From the NCBI GenBank assembly GCA_943354835.1, contig CALRDH010000001.1:255298-319297 (forward strand): DNA of 64,000 nt, written 5' to 3'. The notes beneath the pieces were generated by a model. It was not told the DNA's origin. It saw only the letters and a program-made list of their open reading frames with translations, and searched no databases. The translations under genes and the position numbers were made by a program. How positions within the stretch are numbered: the first letter of the stretch is position 1; each line of letters opens with the position of its first letter. This document shows, in pieces, positions 1-9,697 of the stretch. This DNA is from a candidate division WWE3 bacterium. Lineage in GTDB: Bacteria > Patescibacteriota > WWE3 > 2-01-FULL-39-13.

Positions 1-197
1 TATTAATAGTAGGCAAACTGGTTTTTGGTTCAACGCTTTCAGACAGGCCACTTTTTACAACAGGAATATTAATGATAATGCTTGGTTTAATAATGGTAAT
101 GTTTGGAATGTTAGGCGAACTTTTGATGAGAATTTATTTCGAATCATCAGGAAGAAAACCTTACATGGTTAGACAGATTTCAAGAAATGGCAAATAA
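1..197 (+). CDS. C-terminal fragment of a GT2 polyprenyl-phosphate glycosyltransferase (GtrB/ArnC/Dpm1-like); 5' end lies outside the window
   Basis: Frame ending in TAA at 195-197 translates to ...GILMIMLGLIMVMFGMLGELLMRIYFESSGRKPYMV, the characteristic C-terminal TM/amphipathic tail of GtrB/ArnC-type GT2 enzymes. Confidence 0.5.
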   Translation, partial: LIVGKLVFGSTLSDRPLFTTGILMIMLGLIMVMFGMLGELLMRIYFESSGRKPYMVRQISRNGK

Positions 198-2268
198 AAT
201 CTTTATTCGCGTAGGTATAAGCTTAGGCTTAATTTCGTATCTACTTTATACTCAAGATTTTGAAAAGATTAAGCTTGGAGTTCTATCATATAATCCACTA
301 TTTTTATTCTTTGCATTAATTTTGCTTTTATCTGGTACATTAGCTTCAAGTCTAAGATGGCAAGCAATTTTATCTACATCCAAAGTTCACGTTAAAGTTG
401 TTGATTTATTTAAGCTCTATATAAAAGGTTATTTTTATAATAACTTTTTGCCTACACAAATGGGTGGAGATGTTTATAAATCGGTAAGCCTCGGTAACAT
501 AATAAAAGACCAGGCAGTTTCTTTATTTAGCGTTTTCATGGATCGTTTTAGCGGACTTATTGTACTTTTGGTAATTGGGCTTTTGGGAATTTCATCTTTT
601 TACGGAATAAAAGGTGTAGCTTTGGCTTTTGGGTTTTTGGTTTTAGGACTTACGCTTTATTTTCCATTTTTGAATTTCTTTTCAAAAAAAGTAAAGTTTT
701 TAGAGAAATTTAAAATTGCAAGCGAAATGTTTGTAAAAGATAAACAGGGCGGTATGAAAGTATTGTTGTACTCAATCTTAGTTCAGCTTATTTCATTTGC
801 CACAACATACGTTTTATTCATGGGAATTGGAGTAAACCTTCCACTATGGAGTGTTTTTGCATACATGCCAATTGCATCACTTTCGCTTTTGATTCCTTCA
901 TTTAACGGCTTTGGAACTCAAGAAACTGTATACGCATTCTTATTTAGTGGAGTTGGCGTTACCTCAGAAGTTTCAATAACGGTTTCATTAATGATGCATG
1001 TAGTAAGATTGATTGTAAGTTTAATTGGTGGGGTGCTCTTAATAGGGGTAGCCCCGATAAAAAAGGGTAGCCCTTATATGAACATACTTCGCATTGTCTA
1101 CGATTGGCCCGATGAAAATGTAATTACGGAAGGATTGGCTCCAGCTCCGTATGAGCTTTCTGTATCACAAGCAAAATTAGGTCATAAAATATTTGTACTT
1201 TGTGGAAATTTAAACGGTAAAAATATAAAGGCAGGAAAATTCCATTATTCACTTGAAGATGGAAAGATTGAAGTTTTTAATCTTCCACGTGCAATAAATA
1301 AACTCGGGCCATTTTTATCGACCTCGATTTTCGTGCTTCCATATTATTTTTATCTAAAAGCAACAAAAAAAATTGATTTAATTCATAATCAGGGACATCT
1401 TGGAGTTTGGCTTTTAGTTTATAAATATATATTTGGTTTTATTGATAAGACTCCTGTTTTAGGTCATATTCACATAACGGCAAAAGGCAGAGAACAAAAA
1501 ATACTCGAACAGGGTAAACCAATTGATTTTTGGACTAAATATTTTGAATATCCAATTCATAAGATGTCCGATTACTTAACGGGTAAAGTTTGTGAAGAGA
1601 TCGTCACAGTTGGAATAGAAAATATAGACGAACTTCATAATTTGTATGGAATTGATAAAGATAAAATTACTTTACTTGAAAGCGGAGTTGATACAAAAAG
1701 ATTTTCAAGAAAAGGCGAGATTAATAAAACAGGATTTGGTAAGGATGATATCGTTTTAGGAAATATAGGAAGACTTAGTAAAAGAAAGAATATTGATGTT
1801 ATCGTTGAATCTTTAACATTTTTGCCAGAAAAATATAAGCTTGTTTTATGGGGAAAATGGGACGGAGAATTCGAGTCTGAAGTTCAGAAAATTATAGATC
1901 AAAAAAAACTTGCGTCACGTGTGAAGTATCTAGGACCTGTCTCTTATTTTTCTGTTGATAAAGCATATCGTGCAATTAATTTATTTTTGTTGCCCTCGAG
2001 TTACGAAGGTTTACCAAAGGTTGTTATAGAAGCTTTAAGCACAGGTTGCAAAGCCATCGCTAGCGGATTTAGCATGGATAAGGATGTTCCAAATATGTAT
2101 TTTCTAGACAAAATAGACCCAAAGACTTTAGCTGATTTAATTTTAAAGGTTTCGAAAAACCCTGATAAATACGAAGAAGCTCGCAAAGTAATTGAAAAAT
2201 ATTATAGCTGGGATTCAAAAGCTCACGACTTAGAAAAAATATATGCCAAGATCATCAAAAAAAATTGA
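187..2268 (+). CDS. Fusion protein: N-terminal polytopic membrane domain (UPF0104/LPG-synthase-TM 'flippase-like') plus C-terminal GT4/GT1-type glycosyltransferase
   Basis: 693-aa ORF. First ~300 aa are multi-TM. C-terminal half has GT4 motifs (…EGLPKVVIEALSTGCKAIAS…). Confidence 0.7.
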   Translation: MANKIFIRVGISLGLISYLLYTQDFEKIKLGVLSYNPLFLFFALILLLSGTLASSLRWQAILSTSKVHVKVVDLFKLYIKGYFYNNFLPTQMGGDVYKSVSLGNIIKDQAVSLFSVFMDRFSGLIVLLVIGLLGISSFYGIKGVALAFGFLVLGLTLYFPFLNFFSKKVKFLEKFKIASEMFVKDKQGGMKVLLYSILVQLISFATTYVLFMGIGVNLPLWSVFAYMPIASLSLLIPSFNGFGTQETVYAFLFSGVGVTSEVSITVSLMMHVVRLIVSLIGGVLLIGVAPIKKGSPYMNILRIVYDWPDENVITEGLAPAPYELSVSQAKLGHKIFVLCGNLNGKNIKAGKFHYSLEDGKIEVFNLPRAINKLGPFLSTSIFVLPYYFYLKATKKIDLIHNQGHLGVWLLVYKYIFGFIDKTPVLGHIHITAKGREQKILEQGKPIDFWTKYFEYPIHKMSDYLTGKVCEEIVTVGIENIDELHNLYGIDKDKITLLESGVDTKRFSRKGEINKTGFGKDDIVLGNIGRLSKRKNIDVIVESLTFLPEKYKLVLWGKWDGEFESEVQKIIDQKKLASRVKYLGPVSYFSVDKAYRAINLFLLPSSYEGLPKVVIEALSTGCKAIASGFSMDKDVPNMYFLDKIDPKTLADLILKVSKNPDKYEEARKVIEKYYSWDSKAHDLEKIYAKIIKKN
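1045..1077. repeat. 33-nt G/C-rich element GGGGTAGCCCC-N8-AGGGTAGCCCTTAT inserted in-frame in the membrane-GT4 fusion gene
   Basis: Same bipartite motif as 13643-13677. A related inverted half (GGGCTACCCCGATAT) occurs in the tRNA-Ala/23S spacer at ~46940-46968. Confidence 0.6.
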
Positions 2269-2869
2269 TGAATTATTGCATGATATTAAAAGTCCTTTAA
2301 CCTCGGCGATTATCTCTTGTGAAGAAGCTTTAGATAAGGACCCACTTAATGAAAATTTGCGAGATGTTCGTGAATCCTTAAAGTATATTGCTAGTTTAAT
2401 AAATGCTGATTCCGGTGATGAGAGATTTAGCGTAAGAGAAGTTATTTCTTCTTCGATTAAGTCCGCAAAAAAATTTAGTATAGACTCGTGTGAAATAAAC
2501 TTTTCGAGTCCTGATAATTATATATATGGAAATACAATTAAATTCAAAAGAGTAATTGATAACATTTTACTTAATGCAATAGAAGCTTTGGCAACCAATA
2601 TTGTTATCAGGGTTGAAATCGTTATGGCGAATTCAGAAAATGCTTCCACGGTAGTTAAAATAAGCGATAATGGACCAGGAATTATGGCAGGTGATTTAGA
2701 AAAGGTATTTGATAACGGGTTTTCCACAAAGGATAAAACTATGGTGAACTCTGGCTTAGGGCTTTATATTTGTAAGTCGATAATTGAAAAAGATTTTGGT
2801 GGTCAAATAAGTGTTGAAAGCAAAATTGGACGTGATCATGGTACGACTTTTACACTGGTTTTCCCGTGA
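2243..2869 (+). CDS. Sensor-less histidine kinase core (H-box plus HATPase_c)
   Basis: H-box LLHDIKSPLTSAI. N/G boxes (NILLNAIEA…SDNGPGI…GLGLYICKSII). No TM or sensor domain. Overlaps upstream gene by 26 nt. Confidence 0.6.
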   Translation: MPRSSKKIDELLHDIKSPLTSAIISCEEALDKDPLNENLRDVRESLKYIASLINADSGDERFSVREVISSSIKSAKKFSIDSCEINFSSPDNYIYGNTIKFKRVIDNILLNAIEALATNIVIRVEIVMANSENASTVVKISDNGPGIMAGDLEKVFDNGFSTKDKTMVNSGLGLYICKSIIEKDFGGQISVESKIGRDHGTTFTLVFP

Positions 2870-2881
2870 TATACTGCGAAT

Positions 2882-4090
2882 GTGAAATACACTTTTCCAA
2901 AGGATTTTGCTTGGGGAACCGCAACTTCAGCTCATCAAATAGAAGGAAATAATATTAATTCTGACTGGTGGGAATGGGAAGACTCAAAGAAATATTTCCC
3001 CCAAAGAGAGTTTCCTTTGGAGTCATCTGGTATAGCTTGCGATTCATATAATAGATACGAAGAAGATTTTGATTTATGCGTTGATTTAAACAATAATGCT
3101 GTAAGGATTTCCGTTGAATGGGCAAGAATAGAACCGACGCAAGGAAATTTTGACGAAAAGGAAATTGCGCATTATAAAAAGGTATTAAAATCAGCAAGAT
3201 CTCGTGGTTTGAAAACTTTTGTTACTCTTCACCATTTTACAAATCCGATTTGGTTTTCGAATCTCGGTGGATGGACAAATATAAATGCTCCAATTTATTT
3301 TGCAAAATATGCAAAAAAATGTGCAAAAGAATTTAACGATCTAATTGATGTTTATTTAACGATTAACGAACCACAAGTTTATGTCTACATGTCATATTTT
3401 CATGGAATTTGGCCGCCAAATAAAGTAAGCGCTGTTTTATCTTTGTGGGTGCAAATTAATCTAGCAAGAGCGAATAATAAGGCGTATAACGCAATAAAAG
3501 GTAATCATTTTAAAAAAGACGATGCTCCAACGGTAGGAATCGTCAAAAACATTGTTTGGTACGAGGCCTCAAATTCATCGAAAAATCCGCTAGATAAACT
3601 CGTCGCAAGTTTTTTATATTTTATTGGCGGCGATTTTTTCTTCCTTATGATTAGAAATAAATTTGACATAATTGGCCTAAATTACTATTTTACTAATCGT
3701 ATAAATAATCTAAAAACAAAAAACCCAGATGATGTTGTAAATGATTTAGGTTGGTGGATTTATCCGAAAGGACTTTACAATGTTCTTTTATCGCTTAAGA
3801 AATACAATGTTGAAATCTATATAACCGAAAATGGCCTTGCCGATGAGAAGGATGAAAAAAGAATACCTTTTATTCGAGACATGTTGGAATCTTGTGCGAA
3901 AGCCATAGATAAAGGAGTCAATTTGAAAGGCTATTTTCATTGGTCGCTTTTGGATAACTACGAGTGGCACCATGGATTTTGGCCATGCTTTGGTTTAGTA
4001 AAGGTCGATAGGGAAACTTTAAAAAGAAGTAAGCGTCCATCTTTTAAATATTATTCAGAAATTTGTAAAACTAGCGAATTAAAACTGTAG
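2882..4090 (+). CDS. Glycoside hydrolase family 1 beta-glucosidase
   Basis: GH1 catalytic motifs TINEP (acid/base) and ITENG (nucleophile). W-rich GH1 signature. Starts with GTG. Confidence 0.85.
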   Translation: MKYTFPKDFAWGTATSAHQIEGNNINSDWWEWEDSKKYFPQREFPLESSGIACDSYNRYEEDFDLCVDLNNNAVRISVEWARIEPTQGNFDEKEIAHYKKVLKSARSRGLKTFVTLHHFTNPIWFSNLGGWTNINAPIYFAKYAKKCAKEFNDLIDVYLTINEPQVYVYMSYFHGIWPPNKVSAVLSLWVQINLARANNKAYNAIKGNHFKKDDAPTVGIVKNIVWYEASNSSKNPLDKLVASFLYFIGGDFFFLMIRNKFDIIGLNYYFTNRINNLKTKNPDDVVNDLGWWIYPKGLYNVLLSLKKYNVEIYITENGLADEKDEKRIPFIRDMLESCAKAIDKGVNLKGYFHWSLLDNYEWHHGFWPCFGLVKVDRETLKRSKRPSFKYYSEICKTSELKL

Positions 4091-4103
4091 TAGAATAAAT
4101 TTA

Positions 4104-5174
4104 ATGCCTAGAAAAGACCTCAAAAAAGATATATCAGTAACAATCTTTTTGTTTAGACGTCTGTTTTTTAATCGAATTGCGAGATTCCTCTTTTTGTTCA
4201 TTTTTATTTTAGTTGCACTCCCTCTAGTTTTGTTTTTTATATTAAAACCGAAAATTCAATCGAATATAAACTACGGAGTTAATTTTAGTGATAAATATGC
4301 AACTGACCTTGGTCTAGATTGGAAAAGTTCGTATATAGAAATATTAGACGGATTAAACGTTAAAAATATTAGACTTGTTGCATATTGGAATGATATTGAA
4401 AAAACTAATGATACTTTTGATTTTAGTAACATTAAATGGCAACTTGAGGAAGCTGAAAAAAGAAATATAAACGTAATTTTAGCAATTGGGCGAAAAGAGC
4501 CAAGATATCCAGAGTGTCATGAGCCAGATTGGTGGAGAAACTCAAGCGACGAGAAACTAAAAGAAATCGAACTTTATGAATTTATTAAAAAATCAGTTCA
4601 AGAATTAAAGTCATATGAATCAATAAAAACTTGGCAAGTCGAAAATGAACCATTCTTTCCATTTGGTGACTGCCAGAAATCGTCCTTTGAGGTTGTTAAA
4701 AACGAAGTCGAAATTGTTCGAAGTTTAGACACAAGAAAAATATTAATTCAGGACAGCGGAGAAGGTGGATTCTGGTATCCAAGTTATAAAATGGCCGACT
4801 ACTTAGGAATTTCGATGTATAGAAAAATTTGGTACGATTTTTGGAAAATATTTTTTGGTAGATTTATATATTTCCAATATCCACTTGCGCATTGGACATA
4901 TAAGATTAAAGCGGATCTAGTTAACGTTCCATATCAAAATATTATTGTTACTGAACTTCAGTCAGAGCCGTGGGGTCCTGGGATAAACTCAAAACTCTCA
5001 CAAGATGAGAAAGATAAAACAATGTCTCGAACTGATTTTCTTGAAACTATAAATTATGCACAAAAGGCAGGCTTTAGTGATTTATACTTTTGGGGAGTTG
5101 AATGGTGGCTTTGGGAAAAGAATGTTAAAAATAACTCTTACTTTTGGGAAACAGGAAAAGCCTTATTTAACTAG
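4104..5174 (+). CDS. Membrane-anchored glycoside hydrolase of clan GH-A (GH5/GH26-like)
   Basis: N-terminal TM helix. Catalytic-type motifs WQVENEP and IIVTELQSEPW. Confidence 0.5.
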   Translation: MPRKDLKKDISVTIFLFRRLFFNRIARFLFLFIFILVALPLVLFFILKPKIQSNINYGVNFSDKYATDLGLDWKSSYIEILDGLNVKNIRLVAYWNDIEKTNDTFDFSNIKWQLEEAEKRNINVILAIGRKEPRYPECHEPDWWRNSSDEKLKEIELYEFIKKSVQELKSYESIKTWQVENEPFFPFGDCQKSSFEVVKNEVEIVRSLDTRKILIQDSGEGGFWYPSYKMADYLGISMYRKIWYDFWKIFFGRFIYFQYPLAHWTYKIKADLVNVPYQNIIVTELQSEPWGPGINSKLSQDEKDKTMSRTDFLETINYAQKAGFSDLYFWGVEWWLWEKNVKNNSYFWETGKALFN

Positions 5175-5971
5175 GATTTCGATTTAATAAGTTCAAGTCC
5201 GCCGATGATTCCATTTTCTTCACCAAGTTGTGAAATTTCTATACTAGGGTAGCTTTTGAAAGGTTCAAGTGAAGCTAACGTATCCTTTGTTTTTTGAAGA
5301 AAAAGTTGAGATTTTTTTGATAAACTTCCGCCTATAACTATAATATCGGGGCGCCATAGAAGAATAATATTGTGAAGGCCGAATCCAAGGTTTTTACCGA
5401 ATTCTGACCAAATATTTTCGTCATTATATTCTTCAGGCGAGACGCCATATCTTTTTCTGAAAGCAGTTCCAGAACATAGATTTTCAAATGTTTCATTTGT
5501 AGTGTAATTCAAAACGTGATGTCCCGGTTCAAAATTAAATATAGTGTCGGGGATTTTTTTGTTTACAATGATTGAACCTCCAACTCCTGTGCTGATTGTT
5601 ATATACGCGACTCTTGAATAGGTTTTGCCGGCTCCGTGAGTTGCTTCTGCAAGGCTTGCTAAAGCTGCGTCATTCTCTATATATATAGATTTATATTTTG
5701 TGTCTGAAACAATTTCTTCGACGAGTCGGTTATTAAGAAATCCTGCGTGAGGTGAATAGTAAATTCGTTTTTCAACTCTATTTACAAACCCGGCAGCTCC
5801 GATTGATATTGCTTCATACGAAGTATTTGATTCAAGGACGCCTTTGATTTTTGATTGAAGTTCATTGAATGTTTTTGGCGTAGGGAACTTTTGTATATCA
5901 AAAAATTGATTTAAATCTTTTGAAAGTCCTATTTTAGTTTTTGTTCCACCGATGTCTATTGATGCGTACAT
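5171..5971 (-). CDS. Sugar kinase of the ASKHA superfamily (ROK/glucokinase-like or BadF-type)
   Basis: N-terminal phosphate-1 motif SIDIGGTKTKIGL. Size and adenosine motif VIGGS. Confidence 0.65.
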   Translation of the reverse strand: MYASIDIGGTKTKIGLSKDLNQFFDIQKFPTPKTFNELQSKIKGVLESNTSYEAISIGAAGFVNRVEKRIYYSPHAGFLNNRLVEEIVSDTKYKSIYIENDAALASLAEATHGAGKTYSRVAYITISTGVGGSIIVNKKIPDTIFNFEPGHHVLNYTTNETFENLCSGTAFRKRYGVSPEEYNDENIWSEFGKNLGFGLHNIILLWRPDIIVIGGSLSKKSQLFLQKTKDTLASLEPFKSYPSIEISQLGEENGIIGGLELIKSKS

Positions 5972-7035
5972 AGTTTTTCAATTGCCGGAAGTTTTTTTCC
6001 AGCTAAAAATTCTAAAGTTGCTCCGCCAGCAAGGCTGATGTAGGAAATATCAGCCTTGCTGGCGAATTTATCTAGGGCGGCGACTGTGTCGCCGCCCGCT
6101 ACTACAGAAAATCCTCCATTTGATTTGATTTTACATATAGCTTCTACAACTTTTTTTGTGCCATTTGAATATTTTTCTTCTTCGTATTTCCCAAGAGGTC
6201 CTGCCCAAAATACTGTTTTTGATTTTTCTATTATTTCAACATACTTCTCGGTTAACTCTGGGCTTATATCGAATCCATCAATCAAATCAGTAGTGCTTGG
6301 AATTATTATTTTTGTTGCATCTATTTTACTTTTAAGTTCTGAAAGCTCCATTCGTGCTGAATTTACATTTCCTCCAACTAATATCATGTCGGAAGTCTTA
6401 TCAAGGTTTTCCATTTCATCAACTTTTTCTGTGATTTTTGCTCCACCAAATACGATTGTGTATGGTCGCATTACATTTTTTAATAATTTCTCAAGTCCTG
6501 ATACTTCGCTTTGAACATAAAACCCAGCATATGTAGGTAAGTAGTCCATGATGCCTGTCACAGATGCGCTATCTCTATGAGATTGAGGAAATGCATCAAA
6601 AACTATTACGTCAGAACCTGTAGTTAACGTTTTAGCAAAGACTTTTGAGTTTTCGGAATCTTCCTTATAAAAACGTGTGTTTTCGAGCATTAGGATATCT
6701 TTTGGATTCATTGCAATTATTGCTGCTTTAACTTTTTCGCCAACGCAATCATTAAGATGGTAAACTTTAGCTCCAAGTAAATTTGAAAGGGCTTTGGCAT
6801 GTGGTTTTGTACTCAAGCTAGAATCAACTCCATTTGGCCTTCCAACCCAAGTCAAAATTACTATCTTGCAGTTATTTTCGAGCAGATATTTTAATGTTGG
6901 AATTGTCGCTTCTATACGGGAATTGTCTTTAACTACATATTCACCATTAACAAGTTCAGTATCAATATCGTAAGGGGATCTGTATAAAACAGTTTTGCCT
7001 TCAATGTTTGCTGTTAAAAGCGATTTTAATTCCAT
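5956..7035 (-). CDS. pgk: Phosphoglycerate kinase
   Basis: Motifs KIVILTWVGRP, ILMLENTRFYKED, VVAGGDTVAAL and SLAGGATLEFL. Confidence 0.85.
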   Translation of the reverse strand: MELKSLLTANIEGKTVLYRSPYDIDTELVNGEYVVKDNSRIEATIPTLKYLLENNCKIVILTWVGRPNGVDSSLSTKPHAKALSNLLGAKVYHLNDCVGEKVKAAIIAMNPKDILMLENTRFYKEDSENSKVFAKTLTTGSDVIVFDAFPQSHRDSASVTGIMDYLPTYAGFYVQSEVSGLEKLLKNVMRPYTIVFGGAKITEKVDEMENLDKTSDMILVGGNVNSARMELSELKSKIDATKIIIPSTTDLIDGFDISPELTEKYVEIIEKSKTVFWAGPLGKYEEEKYSNGTKKVVEAICKIKSNGGFSVVAGGDTVAALDKFASKADISYISLAGGATLEFLAGKKLPAIEKLCTHQ

Positions 7036-7850
7036 GTTTCTGAAATTTCCTTCATTCTATCTACCGCCACGGTTTTCATAAATTTAACTTTATCTTCCCA
7101 TGAACCAAAATCCGAGAATTCTTGCCAAACAGCTCTTCCTACGGCATATCCACTGCAACCGGATGTTTTGGCTATCTTAAGTGCATGTTTGTAATGATCA
7201 AATTTCATTCCGCGGCTTAATAAAATCCATGGAATGTTGATTTCTTCGGAAATTTGCTCTAAGTATGGTATCGCATTTTCAATGTCCTCAATTTTGGGGT
7301 CAACTGGATATTCGAGCTTTAAAATGTCACAGTGATTTTTTAGATCTGTGACAGCCTTTATTATTGAATCTCCTTGGTGATAATAATGACCGTCAATCGG
7401 ATATGTAATTGGTTCGATTAGAAAAGGCAAATCGATTTCTTTTGCTTCAGCTGATACTTTTTTCACAATTTCAATTTGTTCTTCTGCATTTTTTGCATCT
7501 GAATTGTAATAAACGAGTAGCTTAATTGCAGTGGCTCCCATTTCCTTCAGTTTCATTGCTGTAAAGTTTTCGTATAATTCAGTTTCTCTTCCATCTGGGT
7601 TATCAGTGTATCCGCTTTTTTCGCGTCCAAGGAGTATCCCTTTGTTTTGTCCTTGAGCAATTTTAATAGCGTCTGCTCCAAATTCAGGATCGACTAATAT
7701 TGCTGTTGAATAAGGGGAGAATAATTCCGCACATATACTTTTAAATTCAGACATTCTTTCTTTGGATATAAGCTTTTGTAGTGAGTCTCTGTGGTCAAAT
7801 GCCGCAATTTTTATAAATCCGTTTTCATTTGTAAGAGAAGATAGTTCCAT
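7026..7850 (-). CDS. Class I aldolase of the LacD / tagatose-1,6-bisphosphate aldolase family (probable fructose/tagatose-bisphosphate aldolase)
   Basis: Colinear similarity to LacD: AAFDHRDSL, ILVDPEFG, AIKLLVYYN, ILKLEYP and VGRAVW. Confidence 0.7.
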   Translation of the reverse strand: MELSSLTNENGFIKIAAFDHRDSLQKLISKERMSEFKSICAELFSPYSTAILVDPEFGADAIKIAQGQNKGILLGREKSGYTDNPDGRETELYENFTAMKLKEMGATAIKLLVYYNSDAKNAEEQIEIVKKVSAEAKEIDLPFLIEPITYPIDGHYYHQGDSIIKAVTDLKNHCDILKLEYPVDPKIEDIENAIPYLEQISEEINIPWILLSRGMKFDHYKHALKIAKTSGCSGYAVGRAVWQEFSDFGSWEDKVKFMKTVAVDRMKEISETWN

Positions 7851-7876
7851 TAAAGTGAGTATAACATTATAATAAA

Positions 7877-8227
7877 TTGATGCTAAAAGCTAAAATCTCT
7901 GGGTTTGTTCAAGGTGTTAGTTATCGTGCTTTTGTTAAAAAATTCGCAGATCAAAAAGGTATAAAGGGGTACGTTAAGAATCTTTCTGATGGTAGCGTTG
8001 AAGTAGTGGCTGATGGGATAAGAGATGATTTGCTTGAGCTAGTAGATCATTTGAAAAAAGGCCCTATATTTGCAAAAGTGTCACGCGTAGACTATTCTTT
8101 CTTCGGTAAAAATGGTAACTTTATGTCATTCAAAATAGTTAGAGACAGCAGTTATTTAATTGATCAGATTAAAGCGTATCGTATTTTTTTGAAAAACATA
8201 TTTATAAAGAGAAAAAAAGATGGATAA
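7877..8227 (+). CDS. acyP: Acylphosphatase
   Basis: Signature VQGVSYRAF…GYVKNLSDGSVEVVA. Confidence 0.7.
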   Translation: MMLKAKISGFVQGVSYRAFVKKFADQKGIKGYVKNLSDGSVEVVADGIRDDLLELVDHLKKGPIFAKVSRVDYSFFGKNGNFMSFKIVRDSSYLIDQIKAYRIFLKNIFIKRKKDG

Positions 8228-8981
8228 TACAAGCCAAAATATTAACCCAGACAGGTTACCTGTTCATATTGCCATAATTGCAGATGGAAATCGAAGGTGG
8301 GCAAGAAGCAAAGGCCTGATGGATTTTGAAGGTCACAAGCATGGTTTTGAAACAATGCAACAGCTTTCTAAAGATGCAAGGAAGCTTGGAATCAAATATG
8401 TAACCTTTTGGTTTTTCTCGACCGAAAATTGGAAACGTGCGAAAGACGAAGTCGATTACTTGATGAATCTAGCACTTGTCAGAGTTGATAAAATGTCAAA
8501 AGATCTTATAGAAGAAGGTGTCCGGTTTACTCATCTTGGGAGAAAGGATAGGATTCCTAAAAAATTAGCCAAAAAGTTTTCGGAACTCGAAGAGAAAACA
8601 AAGCATTTTGTAGGATATTACCTTAATATAGCCTTTGATTACGGTGGACGAGATGAATTAGTAACAGCCATAAAGGAAATTATTAAATCTGGCGTGAAAG
8701 CAGAAGATGTAACAGAGGAGTTAATTCCTCAATATCTATACACAGGTAAATATATCCCAGATCCAGATCTAATCATAAGAACATCCGGTGAACAACGCTT
8801 AAGTGGATATTTAACATGGCAAGGAATTTATTCCGAACTTTATTTCCCACTTGTTCACTGCCCGGATTTTAATATTGATGAATTAAGAAAAGCCATAGCG
8901 TGGTATCAGGAAAGAGATAGGAAATACGGTGGAAATTCGGTTGTTGAGGATTCAAAATTTAAAAAGGTTTCGGTTTCTTGA
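8220..8981 (+). CDS. uppS: Undecaprenyl-diphosphate synthase (cis-isoprenyl transferase)
   Basis: HIAIIADGNRRWA catalytic motif and conserved C-terminal RXG region. Confidence 0.9.
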   Translation: MDNTSQNINPDRLPVHIAIIADGNRRWARSKGLMDFEGHKHGFETMQQLSKDARKLGIKYVTFWFFSTENWKRAKDEVDYLMNLALVRVDKMSKDLIEEGVRFTHLGRKDRIPKKLAKKFSELEEKTKHFVGYYLNIAFDYGGRDELVTAIKEIIKSGVKAEDVTEELIPQYLYTGKYIPDPDLIIRTSGEQRLSGYLTWQGIYSELYFPLVHCPDFNIDELRKAIAWYQERDRKYGGNSVVEDSKFKKVSVS

Positions 8982-9042
8982 CGATAAGTTATTTTGTCTT
9001 CCATTAGTATACCCATTGCCCCTTGGTATGCCGTGCCGTATC

Positions 9043-9309
9043 ATGTATACCATGAGCGCTTCTTCTAAACTAACAAGCAAATATCAGGTAACACTTCCTT
9101 CTTATGTAAGGGAGAATTTAGGACTTAAGCCTTCTGACAAGGTTACTTTTATTATTAAGAATGATGAGGTTATTATTAAAAAGATACGATCGTTGGATGA
9201 AATTATGGGCTCTATCAAAGGAAGAAAGAGCGTTGATGAAATTGATATTCATGAAGTAGCCGAAGACTACGTAGTTGATATGTATAAAAAGAAATGGCAT
9301 TTGTCTTAA
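9043..9309 (+). CDS. AbrB/MazE-fold antitoxin (VapB-like)
   Basis: SpoVT/AbrB swapped-hairpin motif YQVTLPSYVRENLGLKPSDKV. Start trimmed from ORF-track 8929 to ATG 9043 to avoid overlap with uppS. Overlaps downstream PIN gene. Confidence 0.55.
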   Translation: MYTMSASSKLTSKYQVTLPSYVRENLGLKPSDKVTFIIKNDEVIIKKIRSLDEIMGSIKGRKSVDEIDIHEVAEDYVVDMYKKKWHLS

Positions 9310-9689
9310 TTGATACGAATTTACTTATTAGGTTTTTTACAGGTGATGATCTTGTTAAAGCCAATAAGGTTAAGGCGTTATTGAACTCAACTGAAAATAA
9401 GATACTCCTTTTGGATATGGTTGTTGCTGAGTGTATCTGGCTTTTAACGAGGTATTATCAATTAAATCAAGAAGAAATTGAATCAATGCTAAGTCCGATA
9501 ATTGAGTCTGATACTGTAGTTGGTAATAAGCAGGTTTTAAGACTTGCTTTGGACATTTGGATAAAAGAGAAAATAAGTTTTATAGATGCTTATGAAATTG
9601 CTATGTCGGCAGAGTTAGGCGTTGATGTGATTTATAGCTACGATAAAAAGCTCGCCAAGGTTTCAGAAATCAAAGTCTTAGAGCCTTAA
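9294..9689 (+). CDS. PIN-domain toxin (VapC-like)
   Basis: N-terminal PIN motif FVLIDTNLLIRF with acidic residues downstream. Confidence 0.7.
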   Translation: MAFVLIDTNLLIRFFTGDDLVKANKVKALLNSTENKILLLDMVVAECIWLLTRYYQLNQEEIESMLSPIIESDTVVGNKQVLRLALDIWIKEKISFIDAYEIAMSAELGVDVIYSYDKKLAKVSEIKVLEP

Positions 9690-9697
9690 GTAAAGCT

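Noticed and set aside
6056-6514. 152-aa ORF antisense to pgk
   Set aside because: It is entirely antisense within a well-supported conserved gene and has a low-complexity S/F/I-rich translation.
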